From Lingula anatina (lineage: Eukaryota; Animalia; Brachiopoda): 64,000 nucleotides of DNA. A program made the position numbers and the translations under genes. The notes under the pieces were generated by a model. It searched no databases. It was not told where the DNA came from and saw only the letters and a program-made list of their open reading frames with translations. The stretch is taken from positions 2,604,001-2,668,000 of the forward strand of contig CM120643.1 in the NCBI GenBank assembly GCA_051362555.1. Reading direction: 5' to 3'. This document shows, in pieces, positions 37,836-50,664 of the stretch (position 1 is the first letter of the stretch; every line of letters begins with the position of its first letter).

Positions 37836-38675
37836 GTAAGTAAATAATGTATAAAGAGTCCGACTGTGCAGTATAAAATGATGAAGTACAACAACGCTTA
37901 TCATTAAAATACTTTGTTTTATTTTTTAATATTATTGTTTGTACAATGGCTTTCCAAGCACATTAATCTCTATTAATTATTAAAATAAATAAAATATTTT
38001 TTAAAAATTTAAAATATAAAATACCTGCTAGTAACCTATGACTTAATATCATGTACTTGAAATGATTTTTATGGAAGAGTCGAGGCATATCTAGGAGCCA
38101 ATATCTAATTATTTCATCTCCGTCCCCCTCTCGATTTGCGTCCTTGTGACATAGAAAATTGAGTCCACACCAGGTAAGACCTCGGGAGTACTCCCGCACA
38201 TAATCTTTTTTACAGCACTCTTTACAATGCCATGTTCCTTCTGAATTAGAACGTAAACACTTCAATGCCATATAAAATATTTCACAAACATTTTGAAAAT
38301 CCATTTTAATGTTAAGAACATCCACTATAATTTAAGGCTTGAAAAAAACGTTTTTAAAGTTAAGTATGGGAAACTCGGCGTTAATTTTTTAATTGTAGTT
38401 ATTTAACGATGGAATTTTTTTAATATATATTTTTATTTTTTAATATTATTGCATAAAAAATGTACCTGGTACATCACTTTTCCTCATGCCGATGCACTTT
38501 AAATGGAACCATTCGCCAGAGGAACAATGCGGCCCATCGCACTGAATCATTGTTCCTCCTTTGTCTGGAAAGTATAAATTATCGATTAAAAGATTTGTTT
38601 CATATTCATTTTTATATTTTATGAATAACTACTTCTTGTAGACGCTTAACCTTTCAACCTTAAACATATTAAATC

Positions 38676-41600
38676 TTATTATTATTACTATTATTATTAT
38701 TATTACCAAACTTGCAACCCGAGGGTTGAATAATTACAATCATTGCATCATAGTTGAATAAAACCATTAGTAAGTAAGAATAAAGGAATATTAAAAGACA
38801 TATGTAAACACATTTAAAACACAATATCTAAAATGCTAGGTTAAAAAAAAGAAATAAACGTCTATCAGTTAATTTTGAAACTTGTTTATGGCACTTGTTA
38901 AAAAGTCACTCATTGATCGTTTGGTTTTAATTTTAGGTCTTTTGAATGCTTCCTGTTCCCTTAATGAAAATTTGACATTTTGATTTGGTTGTAAAAGATA
39001 ATGCAGTCTATGATTCGGTTCATTTGGAATACTAATAAACAATTTTTTGCATGCATTGAGCCGTCTTTCACTCAGTAGTTCAAGTTTACTGTGTTCACAA
39101 GCAGCGTCATATTCAAGATCAGGATAAATTATTTTAAGAGCTCTTTCTTGAGACTTTTCTACTAGGGCAGTCAATTCATTCGTTAACCGAAAGTGCCAGA
39201 CAGGGGCAGCATATTCCAGAACTGGCCTTAAGACCGTCTGGTAATAAGTTACCAGGTCATCAGATGTAAGGCCTGCACGCTTAGGGTGCTGAAGGAAATA
39301 AATCCTTTTGCTTGCTTTTTTAGTGATTTTGTCTACATGTACCTTCCATGTGAGGTCATTAGAGATATACACTTCAAGTAATTTAAATGATTCTACAAAT
39401 TCAATATCTGTTTTGTCAATCATGAGCTTAGGGATATCTGCATTCTTGCGTTTAAATGATATGGCCATTTGTTTGTTTTTTTTCCTGTTTAATCGCATGT
39501 TGTTTGTCCTAGACCAGCCCAATGTTGTGTCAGTAATTTCCTGTAATTTGCTTTCATCGAATTGTCTAAGGATCTCAGAAACTGTTGTGTCATCCATATA
39601 TTTATGGCACAATAATTCACCAGGAGGTAGATGTAAATCGTTTATCATCAGGACAAAGAGCAATGGGCCCAGCCATGATCCTTGAGGCACCGAGCCGTTT
39701 ATGCACTGCCACTCCGATCTGACTTGACCAAGTTTGACTCGCTTTTAGTGAGGAAAGCGGCAATCCAGCGAACAATCACATTATGTAAGCCCATGGTTTT
39801 TAGTTTATTAATAAGCAGGGAATGATCAACGTGATCGAAAGCTTTGGAATAATCAATCAATAGAACTCTAACAACATTGCCAGCTTCAGTTGCCATAAAC
39901 CATTGGTGCATGATATCGATCAAAGCATGAGTTGTTCCAGATCTTTTGACCCCACCAAACTGGAACTTGTCCAATAATGGTTCCACAGTTTCAAGTGTCC
40001 ATTCACCTACAATAGACTCCATATGCTTGGCTAGCGCTGGCGTCAAGGAGATGGGCCTGAGATAGTCCCTAACTGATTTAGGGGGGTGGACTTTTGGTAT
40101 GGGGACAACATCATCTGATCGCCCTACTTCTGGGACATACCTTCTCTCAGGGAGCTGTTATGTATGGCACATATTGGTTTTGCTAAAAAAGGTGCGAAGT
40201 CGCGTAAAATCCAGTTAGGTATTTCATCCGGGCCACTGGCCTTATGAAGCCATTAAATTAGTCATTGGCTAATCCCTGAAGATTGTTTGAGTTTGCGTTC
40301 AGACCAATCATCTGCTTTGTAGCTTGCCACCATTTTCTTGAATCACCAGATTTAACCTGTTCCACTTTGCTTTTGTAGTGCTTTCTTTTTAGGTTTCTTG
40401 ACATTCTGTTTACTTTGTTTCGGTATATTTTGTATTGTTCATAGTCACCGGATTGCCAAGCTTTGGACTTCATTTTGATGGTATTTCGGAAGTCAGCATT
40501 AACCCATGGTTTATCATTGGAGTGTCTAGTGACTTTGCAAAGAGGGAGATGAGTGTCAATAAGTGTTGTGGCCTGTCTAGTGAAAAACTCAAACTGCTCT
40601 TGACATGTCTTCATTTGATAGAGCTCTCTCCATGAGATAGTCTCAATGTCACGCGCCAAAAAGGCCAATGCGTTTTGGCTCTTTTTCCTAATGAAGGTTG
40701 TAACTTTGTGCCCTGTGGAGAAGGAGCTATCTGGCCCAGGAGAGCATACGACTGTGTTGTAATCTGACCTGCCAAATAGACCCAAGACAGTGGGATTCTT
40801 TATACAGTTCTTGCATATTTGTGAAAACTTTGTCTAGAATCCGTTTACCTCTAGTTGGGCATTTAACAATCTGCCTCAATGGGAAGTTTCTGATCCTATT
40901 GTCTTTCAAGGAGTTGAAATCACCGAGGACAAAAATCCCACAGTACGGATGCTTTTGTTTGATAGAGTCTAAAGTCGATATTATGTGGTTATTCATATCA
41001 TGGTGTGATACGGTATTTTTAGATGATGTAGGCGGGTTATATATTGTTCCTATTAAAATGTGCGGTGAACAGTCTTGGTAATTTGTTTGGTCGTAGAATT
41101 ATCCACAGTGTCTCCGTGTCATCATGATTGTGTTCAGTACTGTACATACGGCCAGGGGCGGATTTAGGCCGTCTTCTGGGTCTTCTAGAAGACGGTCAGT
41201 TTTTCAAGTTTACATTGACGGGTATCCAATTTTTTTCTGTCGGAAGACGGTCAAAAATGGAGGATGGATCAACAAAGGTAATTTGAAGATTGTCAGAAAA
41301 TATCTCTGGATCCGCCCCTGATTACGGTATAGGGTATGTTATCTCGTATATAGCACACTACCCCACCCTCTCGACGTTCACCTGGTCTGTCACGATGAAC
41401 CACATTGAAGCCATCAATTGAGATAATTTCATCTGGTGTGTCCTCTTTAGGCCAGCTTTCAGTCACACAGGCTACATCAACATTCTCATCGTGTAGTGTA
41501 AGGCTGAATTCATCAAGTTTATTTGCTAAGGCTCTACATGGTGTTGGTACAGAGTACAACTGGTAATTGCCATTTGTTAAGTTTACAGTATGTAAGGTTT

Positions 41601-41990
41601 TGTGTATTAATCCCGAATTGTGTTGAATTCTGCAGGCTAGGTCTAAGAGATATTTTGACAGGAATATGTCTTTGTATCCTAGAGCCTGCTCTCCTTCCAC
41701 GGTGGGTTGACTCTATTGTATTTATGCCCAATTTTCTAATTATGTGTGTTGCCTCCAGTGATAATAGTGGTCTGAACCCTATTGTCCTCCAAATATTGTC
41801 CGTAATTGTTTGCCTGGGTAGCTTATTACACACATGATTGAAGGGAGAGGCTTCACGGAGTAATGGTCAACTGCCGGGCTGTGACTGCCTGTGTAAATGC
41901 TATATGCTGTGTATACTTTTCTAAAAGTCCCTGGCAAAAGATTTCCATTGGTACAGTCAAGTAGATGTTGGTCACTTTGGGATCCTGGCA
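38676..41990 (-). mobile_element. CR1/L2-group LINE (APE endonuclease plus RT), frameshifted, inserted in a transposase intron
   Basis: EN: ANKLDE...VACVTESW...HRDR...GGVVCYI, LGDFN. RT: RPISLTP, QFGG, LIDYSKAFDHVDH, PQGSWLGPLLF, KYMDDTT, RPVLEYAAPVWH. (TAA)n tail at ~38676-38705. The 5' limit is approximate. Confidence 0.9.
41153..41320. mobile_element. hAT-like MITE inserted in the LINE endonuclease
   Basis: TIR CAGGGGCGGAT...ATCCGCCCCTG with imperfect 8-bp flanks CATACGGC/ATTACGGT. Similar termini at ~11008 and ~48820. Confidence 0.65.
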
Positions 41991-43791
41991 CATTTATAAA
42001 AGGAGCTATGTATCATTAAAACCATTTGTTCAGAAGCTGACTTTAAAAATAAACTAAATTGGCCTAGGTCTACTACAGGCAGCTCAACAGTGCACATGAC
42101 CTTGACCCTATCTAATAGGCGCAGAAATATTGCATACGCGTATTATAACTTAACATGAATAAACATTATCGTTTACTTTATCATTGTATATAAATATAAA
42201 CATAAATAAATAAACTAAGGGTTACCTTTCTTGCAAATGCAATATTTAGATCCACTGGCGTCATCGTCACTTGCATTGATCACTTCTTCGACGGCATCCA
42301 CATTTATTCCTTAATTGCCATTTCTTATATAATGAAAAAGAAATTAACAAATGGTATATGTAATAGTTTTATTGTGTGTTTCAAATACCAAATATATATA
42401 AATTATGAAGAATAAATCTATATCCCAATATATATAAAATTAACATGCAAGTGGCCTTTAAAGAAATTATCTTAAAAGCTCATCTAACCTCTTTTACTGC
42501 CTCTTCAGCCCAATCTCGCATAAATGTCTCTATGTCATCATTATCCTTCAATCCAGGCACTTCTCCTAACCCATCCATTCCTTTTAGTTTCATAAGGAGG
42601 AGAAGTACATATCCTTCTGTACAGAACTATAAAAGATTTAACAACAGACTTAGTACATTAAAACGCCTTATGTTAGAGGTACTTAAAAGCGATACTAATA
42701 AAAATTAATGAGACGAGAAAGAAAACGTGTTTATTTATCAGATAAAATGGGAATGTCATACTGAGGGATGAAACGTGGGACAAAGAAAGCCATCAAAATA
42801 ACCACTAGGAAAGAATAAGGGGTGAGACAGAAAAAAATATGAGATGTGCTCTAGATAGGATTAGAGGGGGTCCATATGAAGGACCGGTGTGGGAGACGTC
42901 ATATATGCAGTGGCATCGATCACCTTTAGAAGATCTGTTGCTTGACCGTAGCATTCTTTAGTTTTTTCAGTCACACGTTTGTGACCGAAGAGAGACTTGA
43001 CGTTGTACATTGTACTCTTTGCAGCGATACTGTTACAGTTAAAAAACTCGTCATATTTTATATCCTGAAATTATGAAAATTGTACATGTGATAGTATTTA
43101 GAGCATTACCATAATGCAGCTTCTTTATTTATGTGTGTTTATTTTCCCCGCTAACTGTCCTGCCTAATTTAAAGCTTGCTTTACTTTTGGTTTAATTTCC
43201 CGTTCACACTGGAATCATGCTATTAAGTCAATGTTATTTCCCCTGCTTGGACGCTTTAAATCCCCGCCCTCTCTGGGGTTGGGCCTGGTTTTTTTATTGT
43301 TTGCTTCTCTAATACCACATAGCAATGTAAATATTTTTAAAAATTTTACCTGAAGATGAAGCTGCAGTCTATGGAAATCTTGGGCACATGGCTCCAAGCC
43401 CTCTAGCCGTGCTTCAGGAGTAATGCACGCACTTCTGAGGTGTTTCATGAAATACGATAATAATTATTATTCAATTAAAAGTAATTATAGTAACCAGGTT
43501 AAAATAACAATGAAACTTATTGTGAAAAATGTATTTTTACAGTTCGCAGTCGTGCTCTTAAACTATTATTATAAAAAGGAAAGGGTTATATTTAAAACAT
43601 AATAAGCTTGCCCTCTTGGCATCAAGCATTCTCTCAACAGATGCACCATCTCCGTGCACTATCACTTTGTAATAATCTTCTGCATTATTCATGGGACAGT
43701 AAGAGTGTATATTTTTCATTATTTTTACGACCCCTTCGGTTGACGACGGATTTTCTTCTATCACACCAATATTAACCTATTGTAGTGTGAA

Positions 43792-43847
<56 letters not shown>

Positions 43848-44303
43848 GCTTTACTTTTATTATTTAAATTTTTTCAACAATACTTTATTTATGCATTACT
43901 TTAATAAATGCCTATTAATTATGATACAACCACTGCTGTGATAACATGCCGTCTCACCTTTCCTGAACATGTCTTCGGGGTATTCATGGACAATGTGGAA
44001 GATGGGCTTGAACTTCTCCCTCACATCAAGCATATATTTCCAAGCAATGCGTTGAACAATGACAACTGTAAATGTGTGAAATATAAGTATTATAGAAACA
44101 TAAAAGTTATTTGAAGGATACTTAAAATATCTATTTAATTAAATTATAACATGTAAAAAAGAGTACTTACTCATTCTGTCTTTCAGGAAATCATTATCTT
44201 GTACTGAAGGCAGGAAATTTTTAATGGGTATGTCCCTTGCCGAAATGCAGTTTCTGTAGTTGTCATCCAGGTGCATGAAACTATAGATTATTAGATTATT
44301 AAA

Positions 44304-47300
44304 TAGTAGGCTTGTTAAGAGGTCAAACGCTGCATTTTATAGTACAAATGTCTAACTTGGCATAAATGTTCCTTGGGCCAAAAGAAAATTTTTTATCCAA
44401 AGAGACGCCCTCTATCGATACATTAATTAGCATTAATTATGCAAATTAGGTGCCAAAATATATAATATTTCATATTTCCATTAATTTTTGGCCTAGAAAC
44501 ATTTATAGATTATCAAACCTGACTAAATTAGGGACAAGGAACCCATTTTTGATCATTTGGAAGCAATTGGTGGCCATTTTGTGCCTCAAATCCAAGATGG
44601 CCGCCACCCGCCATTTTGAAAGTGGACATAATTTTGCTATTTTATGTTGAATTTTGAAGCGTTTGGTCTATATATATTTGATATAAATATCGATTCCTAC
44701 TATTTTGGGTGTGAAAAAGTCATTTTTGATATTGTTTTGGTGATAGTAGGTGATTTGAATTGACAAAGAGGGTGTTTTAAGTGCCTACCACATATGTGTG
44801 AACACTGCAAAACCATGGATGTTGATAACCCGTATTCAAATATATCTCAATGCAATTTTTTGTTATATACCATCGCTACTGGACTATATTATGAGCAAAA
44901 AAAAACAATTTTTGATCATTATGGAGGCTATTGGTGGCCGTTTTATCCCTCAAATCCAAGATGGCCGCCAAAAACCATTTTGAACTTGAGCATAATTCGC
45001 TATTTTGAAACTATATGTATTACATCTTTGTAAATGAGTAATACGTAGTTTTATATTATTTTCTGGTGCAGAATACATTATCTGTTTCATAAAATGTGAA
45101 TACAAACTATTTTATTCTCCAAAACGAATATGCATGTAGGCTTATGTCAGTCAAATAGACTTACATGTGCCATGTAGTCTAATTAGTACAAAATGTTTTA
45201 TAAAATCATAAAGAGCTTGAAACAAGTGTAAGAGACCAAAATGGCTTAATTAAAGGTAAAGAACACATACTTGGTGCTTTGGAGACAATTGGAAGCCATT
45301 TTGATCCTCAAATCCAAAATGGCCGCCAGTCACAATTTTGAAATACGGATAAGGCATAACTCATCAATTTGAAGCTATTGCTCTTACACTAGCATGTTAT
45401 ACATCGTTTCTTATCATTTGGGTTGTAGAAGTCATGTGTCTTATCTCTTCTGAGATATAATACAAAAAGAAAATATTAAAAGGCTCCAACACCAATACAG
45501 GCTTACGTCTTCACCTTCGCTTGTATACGTCTTGAAGTCAAATTTGTGCAAAAATATGTTATATAACAATTTTAAAATGGTTTTGCCGGACATAGATTAA
45601 GTGCAAGAGACCAGCACAGTGGATTCAACTTTATGGTGACTACTTTTAGCTATTCTGTTGTTCATATCCAGGAGCCTGTCTCTATTTTAAAATTATGGCA
45701 TAATTTACCTTTTTTGAGCTGTTGGACTTACATATGTTCGTAATACATCAATTGTTACTATTTTGGAAGTACATAATTAATTTCTGGTGTTACTCTGGTG
45801 ACAGAGGATAATAAAAAAGGCATAAGGTGTTTTAAGATGATTCCAAGATGAATATTCCTGTAGTTGTCATATACTGTAGATGTTTTGTGCTTGTTCGTCC
45901 ATTGGAAACAATGAGAACTATGTAGTCGCCTTATGGATTTCTATTGGTAGTGAGATGACTTGTCTGGCCAAATCATGCTAGGAATGATCACTGGCACTGT
46001 CAACTAGGAAAAGAGGCTGCTTCCTCGACTTCTTTGCTTTATCCCTCTTACCTTCCTGCGCAGCTGCTGCTTTCTAGTTGGTTTTGCAGATTCGTTCTTT
46101 TGTGTAAAGATACCACTTTCCTCTGATGCGACATGTTCTCATGCATTAATGTTTCTCTGGAAACTGGATTCTAATATATTGTTTGGCTGTTTCTCATAGG
46201 ACACTGACAAAACCTCAATTCTTACTAGCTGTTGTCTTATTGGCCTACCAGAGCTGATCATGCATGTTTATTTTTGCTGTGCTGCTGGATGATTTTGCAG
46301 ACAAGATCTAGAGCTATTTCAAAGCAAAGTCCATTTGCTTGTCTTTCACGGACATTTACGCATCAACACAACTAACCAACTTCCATAGTATTATAAGATG
46401 ACACATTTTTCACCCTTCAAATCTTCTGGGCTATATTTAACGTGCGAATGCAAGCCCCAGTGACTGGGACATAAATGTGCAAGTGGCTTTTTGGTTCACA
46501 TTGACCAGTAAAAGATTAATAATATAATACCACTATGTATATATATTTATTGCTTTCCTTTGAGTATTCAGTATCTTTTAGTGGATGGTCACTTAAGATA
46601 AATCTAGATGATATATTTGAGCATGTGGTTTGGGTTCCACATTTTTGTAACAGACTCAACAAAACTCATCTTGGAATTTATTTTACAACCTTATATTACC
46701 TTTTTATTATCTTCTGTCACCAAATTAGCACTGGAAAATTACTTTTGAGCCCCAAGAATAGTGCCATTTTACCTAATACAAGCGAATGAGGGTCCCACAG
46801 TTCAAAGATTATAAATAACACCAAATTATTAAAATAGCGGCAAGCAACCATCACTTGGTTTTGATCAAAATAATGGCTAACAATTTTCCTCATGCGGTCA
46901 AAGATGTATTCTTTTGCTTTAATTCAGCCATTCTGTTTGCTGACACTTGATTTATAGATCGGCAAAAGCATTTTTGTACTAATTGGATTACTCATTGTAC
47001 ATATAAACTGCAGGTCCATGTAGCAACTGAATCCTATATTTATTTGGAGGCTTATAGAAGTTTCTATTTACATTTTATGAAACCGAAAATGCATTCTGCT
47101 CCAGGAAATAATCAAAAATGACGTATGGCACGCTTATGAAGGTGTGATAGTTTCAAAATGGTGAATAATGTTCAATTTGAAAATAGCGTATGAGGGCCAT
47201 CTTGGATTTGAGGCACAAATTTTAAGAAACAAATAATGTATTCTGCACCAGAAAATAATATAAAACGACGTATTACTCATCTACAAAGATGTAGTACATG

Positions 47301-48020
47301 TAGTTTCAAAATAGCGAATTATGCTCATGTTCAAAATGGTTTTGGCGGCCATCTTGGATTTGAGGGATAAAACGGCCACCAATGGCCTCCACAATGGTAA
47401 AAGTGTGGGTTTTTTTTGCTCATAATATAGTCCAATAGCAATGGTATATAACAAAAAATTGCATTGAGATATATTTGAATACGGGTTATCAACATCCATG
47501 GTTTTGCAGTGTTCACACATATGTGGTAGGCACTTAAAACACCCTCTTTGTCAATTCAAATCACCTACTATCACCAAAACAATATCAAAAATGACTTTTT
47601 CACACCCAAAATAGTAGGAATCGATATTTATATCAAATATATATAGACCAAACGCTTCAAAATTCAACATAAAATAGCAAAATTATGTCCACTTTCAAAA
47701 TGGCGGGTGGCGGCCATCTTGGATTTGAGGCACAAAATGGCCACCAATTGCTTCCAAATGATCAAAAATGGGTTCCTTGTCCCTAATTTAGTCAGGTTTG
47801 ATAATCTATAAATGTTTCTAGGCCAAAAATTAATGGAAATATGAAATATTATATATTTTGGCACATAATTTGCATAATTTATGCTAATTAATGTATCGAT
47901 AGAGGGCGTCTCTTTGGATAAAAAATTTTCTTTTGGCCCAAGGAACATTTATGCCAAGTTAGACATTTGTACTACAAAATGCAGCGTTTGGCCATTTTTT
48001 GGTTCTTAACAAGCCTACTA
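44304..48020. mobile_element. Non-autonomous canonical Academ element with ~780-bp TIRs nested in an AcademHP intron
   Basis: Termini TAGTAGGCTTGTTAAGA / TCTTAACAAGCCTACTA with a 3-bp AAA TSD (44301-44303, 48021-48023). Near-identical inverted arms at ~44304-45085 and ~47234-48020 (mirror ORFs in the track), with repeated AAATCCAAGATGGCCGCC motifs. Confidence 0.82.
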
Positions 48021-49051
48021 AAAGAACCAAATTGCATTGGTGTACCACTTACTAATTATTTAAAAAAATTATACTTTATTATACTTAAAGAAAAATGAAT
48101 AAAACTAACCTAATTCGGTTTTTAATTGCATAACACAATGCCCACAATATGAAAATTTTCCCTTTCATCCTTGGCGTGATGCCTTCTTTTCGTTTCCAAC
48201 TGGACATTATCCCACACCAGGGCATAGCCTTTAATTGGTAAAATCAATTTATTAAAATATATAAATACAAAGTATGGAGATATATCAAATATTTTTAATA
48301 TGACATATTAACACACGCTCGCGCGCGCGCGCGCGCGCAATTATTATATCTTCACCTTATTTATTTCATACTAATTACACGTTAAACTTGTTTCATTTAC
48401 TTATAATCCGACTATTATTTTTTGGTTCTTTAATTTTCCTCCTATGTTACTTAGTACCTTCAACTCCATCTCCATCTATTTCTTCTTCAAAATCATCCAT
48501 GCTGCTCAACGTATTGGAATCAGTGACATATACTATTAAAGGAAAAAATTGAATTTTTGGCATTTTATTTATTTCCTCTTTATTTTTAGATGATAGAAAC
48601 TTCATCATACTTTACTTTAAGTAACATGATTAAGGCCACACTACATTTCTACTATTATTATGATCACTAAACGTTTACCATTTTCAGATTCACCATTATT
48701 AGAAGTTGACACAGACACCTCATCCGAATATAGAGCTGGATCGTCTTCCTCTTGCTAAGAGATAAATTATGAAAGTTATTAAACGATTATGAATGGTAAT
48801 TAATTGTAACTGACACCATGCAGGGAAGGATACAGGACTATTTAAAAGGAGGATTTTGGTGGCGCGGATACCAAGCCAACCACCTTCCACACCCTTGGCG
48901 CTGGGTTCGGACCGCTGAAGGTCCACCTAAATATTTTGGTATTTTAGAGGGCAAAAGGTGCCATTTGGTACAGTTTAGGACTATCATTCAGCTACTCACA
49001 ATTGTCATTTAAAAATAGGACGGCCCATAAATCGTTCCACATTCACGCTTG

Positions 49052-49108
<57 letters not shown>

Positions 49109-50664
49109 TATTCATTTTTTAACTAATTTCATATATGTTAAAACAAAACGACAAATATTCAAAATTTTGTTTGGAGGCATTTAATATATTGTTAAACATT
49201 AATTGCAATTACCCTTTGGGAGCACCCTGATCTCCACATTTTTATGCTGATAAAACTTATCAAAATTTTATGGCGTTTGGGTGACGGCTATAATTCAAAA
49301 TGGCACAGGCCATACCAACTTGGCGTTTTTGCTTCTGAGTAATCGATCTATTAAAAACAGAAATAAAAGAATTTAAATAATAAAAATGAAAGTAATAATT
49401 ATAATAACGAATTTTATAAAAACAAATGAAATATCGGTGTAAAATATAGATAGATAGATAGATATAATGTTAGAGGTTTTTACTTACTTTTTTTTGTTTA
49501 TTTCTGCTGCCGCAAGTTTCCAAAAGGGCAAAAGTAAGTGGTATGGCCTTTTTTATTTTTGACGTGTACTTTTCCCACTCAAATTTGTTTGCATTGTCAA
49601 TAGTAAATTTTTCATCTTTATTCTTGTCCATTTTTATTGTTTCTTTTCTTATAACTTTGTTAAATAATTTAAAAATAGATTTTCTCGCAGGGAAACTTCC
49701 TATCATAGTGGCTATCATAGTGGCTCTGTCGTAGAGCTGCCACGGCTCTCTCTATGAAAACGTTCCCATCGCTGGTTACTGGCTGTAATTTGCAATGAAT
49801 AATAAAACCATGAATGGTGTATTTGACACAAGTGCAATGTTTGGTGGCAATATCTTAAATGGAATTATTAACAACATAAAATTTGGAATAAACTACCAAC
49901 ACGTGTTCTTTTCCTTCATCTAGATCTGCTTGTGTGTAGGCTCCTTTTGCTAATGATGTCTCTTCTGATGAATGACTAAGGAGCATGGGATGCCGTACGT
50001 TTTTATAGTAGATTCTTAGTCGCTGTACCTTCTTTCGCAGACTTTAATTTAAATTCTGCTTAAAAATAAAAAAACCTTTTTCAGGCATCTGTACATGATT
50101 GGTGTGTAATTTTTGATGAACTTTTAAATATAATATATCCATGAATAGGTAATTTATTACATCTCTTAGCATATTAATTGATGAAAATGCATATACAGGG
50201 GTATAAGACTGAACCTGCGAATTGCGTATGTGGGTATGTGAACATTGATCAGGGATGCAAATACCAATCGCTTGGACGTCACGGCTGATGCTACATCAGC
50301 ATGTATGCTTGACGAATTTCCTTTTAATTTATTTTATGGATGACATGCTCTGGAGTTCCTAAAACTACTGGGAGAGGACGCAAAAATATACTAAATAAAT
50401 TGCAGCTAAAGTAAAAAAAACACAAGACTGGAAAGGAGAAATAAACCGCATTACAAAACGTCGTCATTCACTCTGATAACATAGAAAAGGGGGGTTGATC
50501 TACCTGACATTTGTAAGAGGGTCCTAGCCGCTACACCACCTAGCGGTCAGAGGGAGTTTGAACAACTACTCACATCAGTCTAATGAAGGCCTTCGACCAG
50601 GTTGGTCGTAAGTTAACACGGTGCGGAAATTTTTTAGGCCTGTGTTTGAGAATTTTCATGTATA

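Larger units (their letters stand above)
37940..49782 (-). pseudogene. Academ (AcademHP) transposase pseudogene with embedded PHD finger, multi-exon
   Basis: Exons include 49782-49488, ~49347-49213 (QVGMACAILNYSR...WRSGCSQR), 48228-48110 (GYALVWDNV...WALCYAIKNRI), 44280-44171 (FLPSVQD), ~44065-43958 (HIVHEYPEDM), ~43776-43607 (IVHGDGASVERM), ~43435-43350 (RLEGLEPCAQDFH), ~42323-42226 (YCICKK), 38564-38466 (MIQCDGPHCSSGEWFHLKCIG) and 38240-38025 (WHCKEC...REGDGDEIIRYW...KYMILSHRLL). Stops and frameshifts are present, and the C-terminus appears deleted. Confidence 0.85.
36069..50664. mobile_element. Decayed AcademHP DNA transposon (PHD-containing transposase plus RecQ helicase) with nested insertions
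   Basis: 34-bp TIR TATACATGAAAATTCTCAAACACA(A/G)GCCTAAAAA at 36069-36102 and 50631-50664. Encloses convergent spliced RecQ (+) and DUF6589-like/Academ transposase with PHD (-). No TSD found. Confidence 0.85.

Noticed and set aside
44450-47948. Mirror-image ORFs (MCEHCKTMDVDNP..., MPKYIIFH...)
   Set aside because: They are duplicated only because they lie in the long TIRs; no domain signal.
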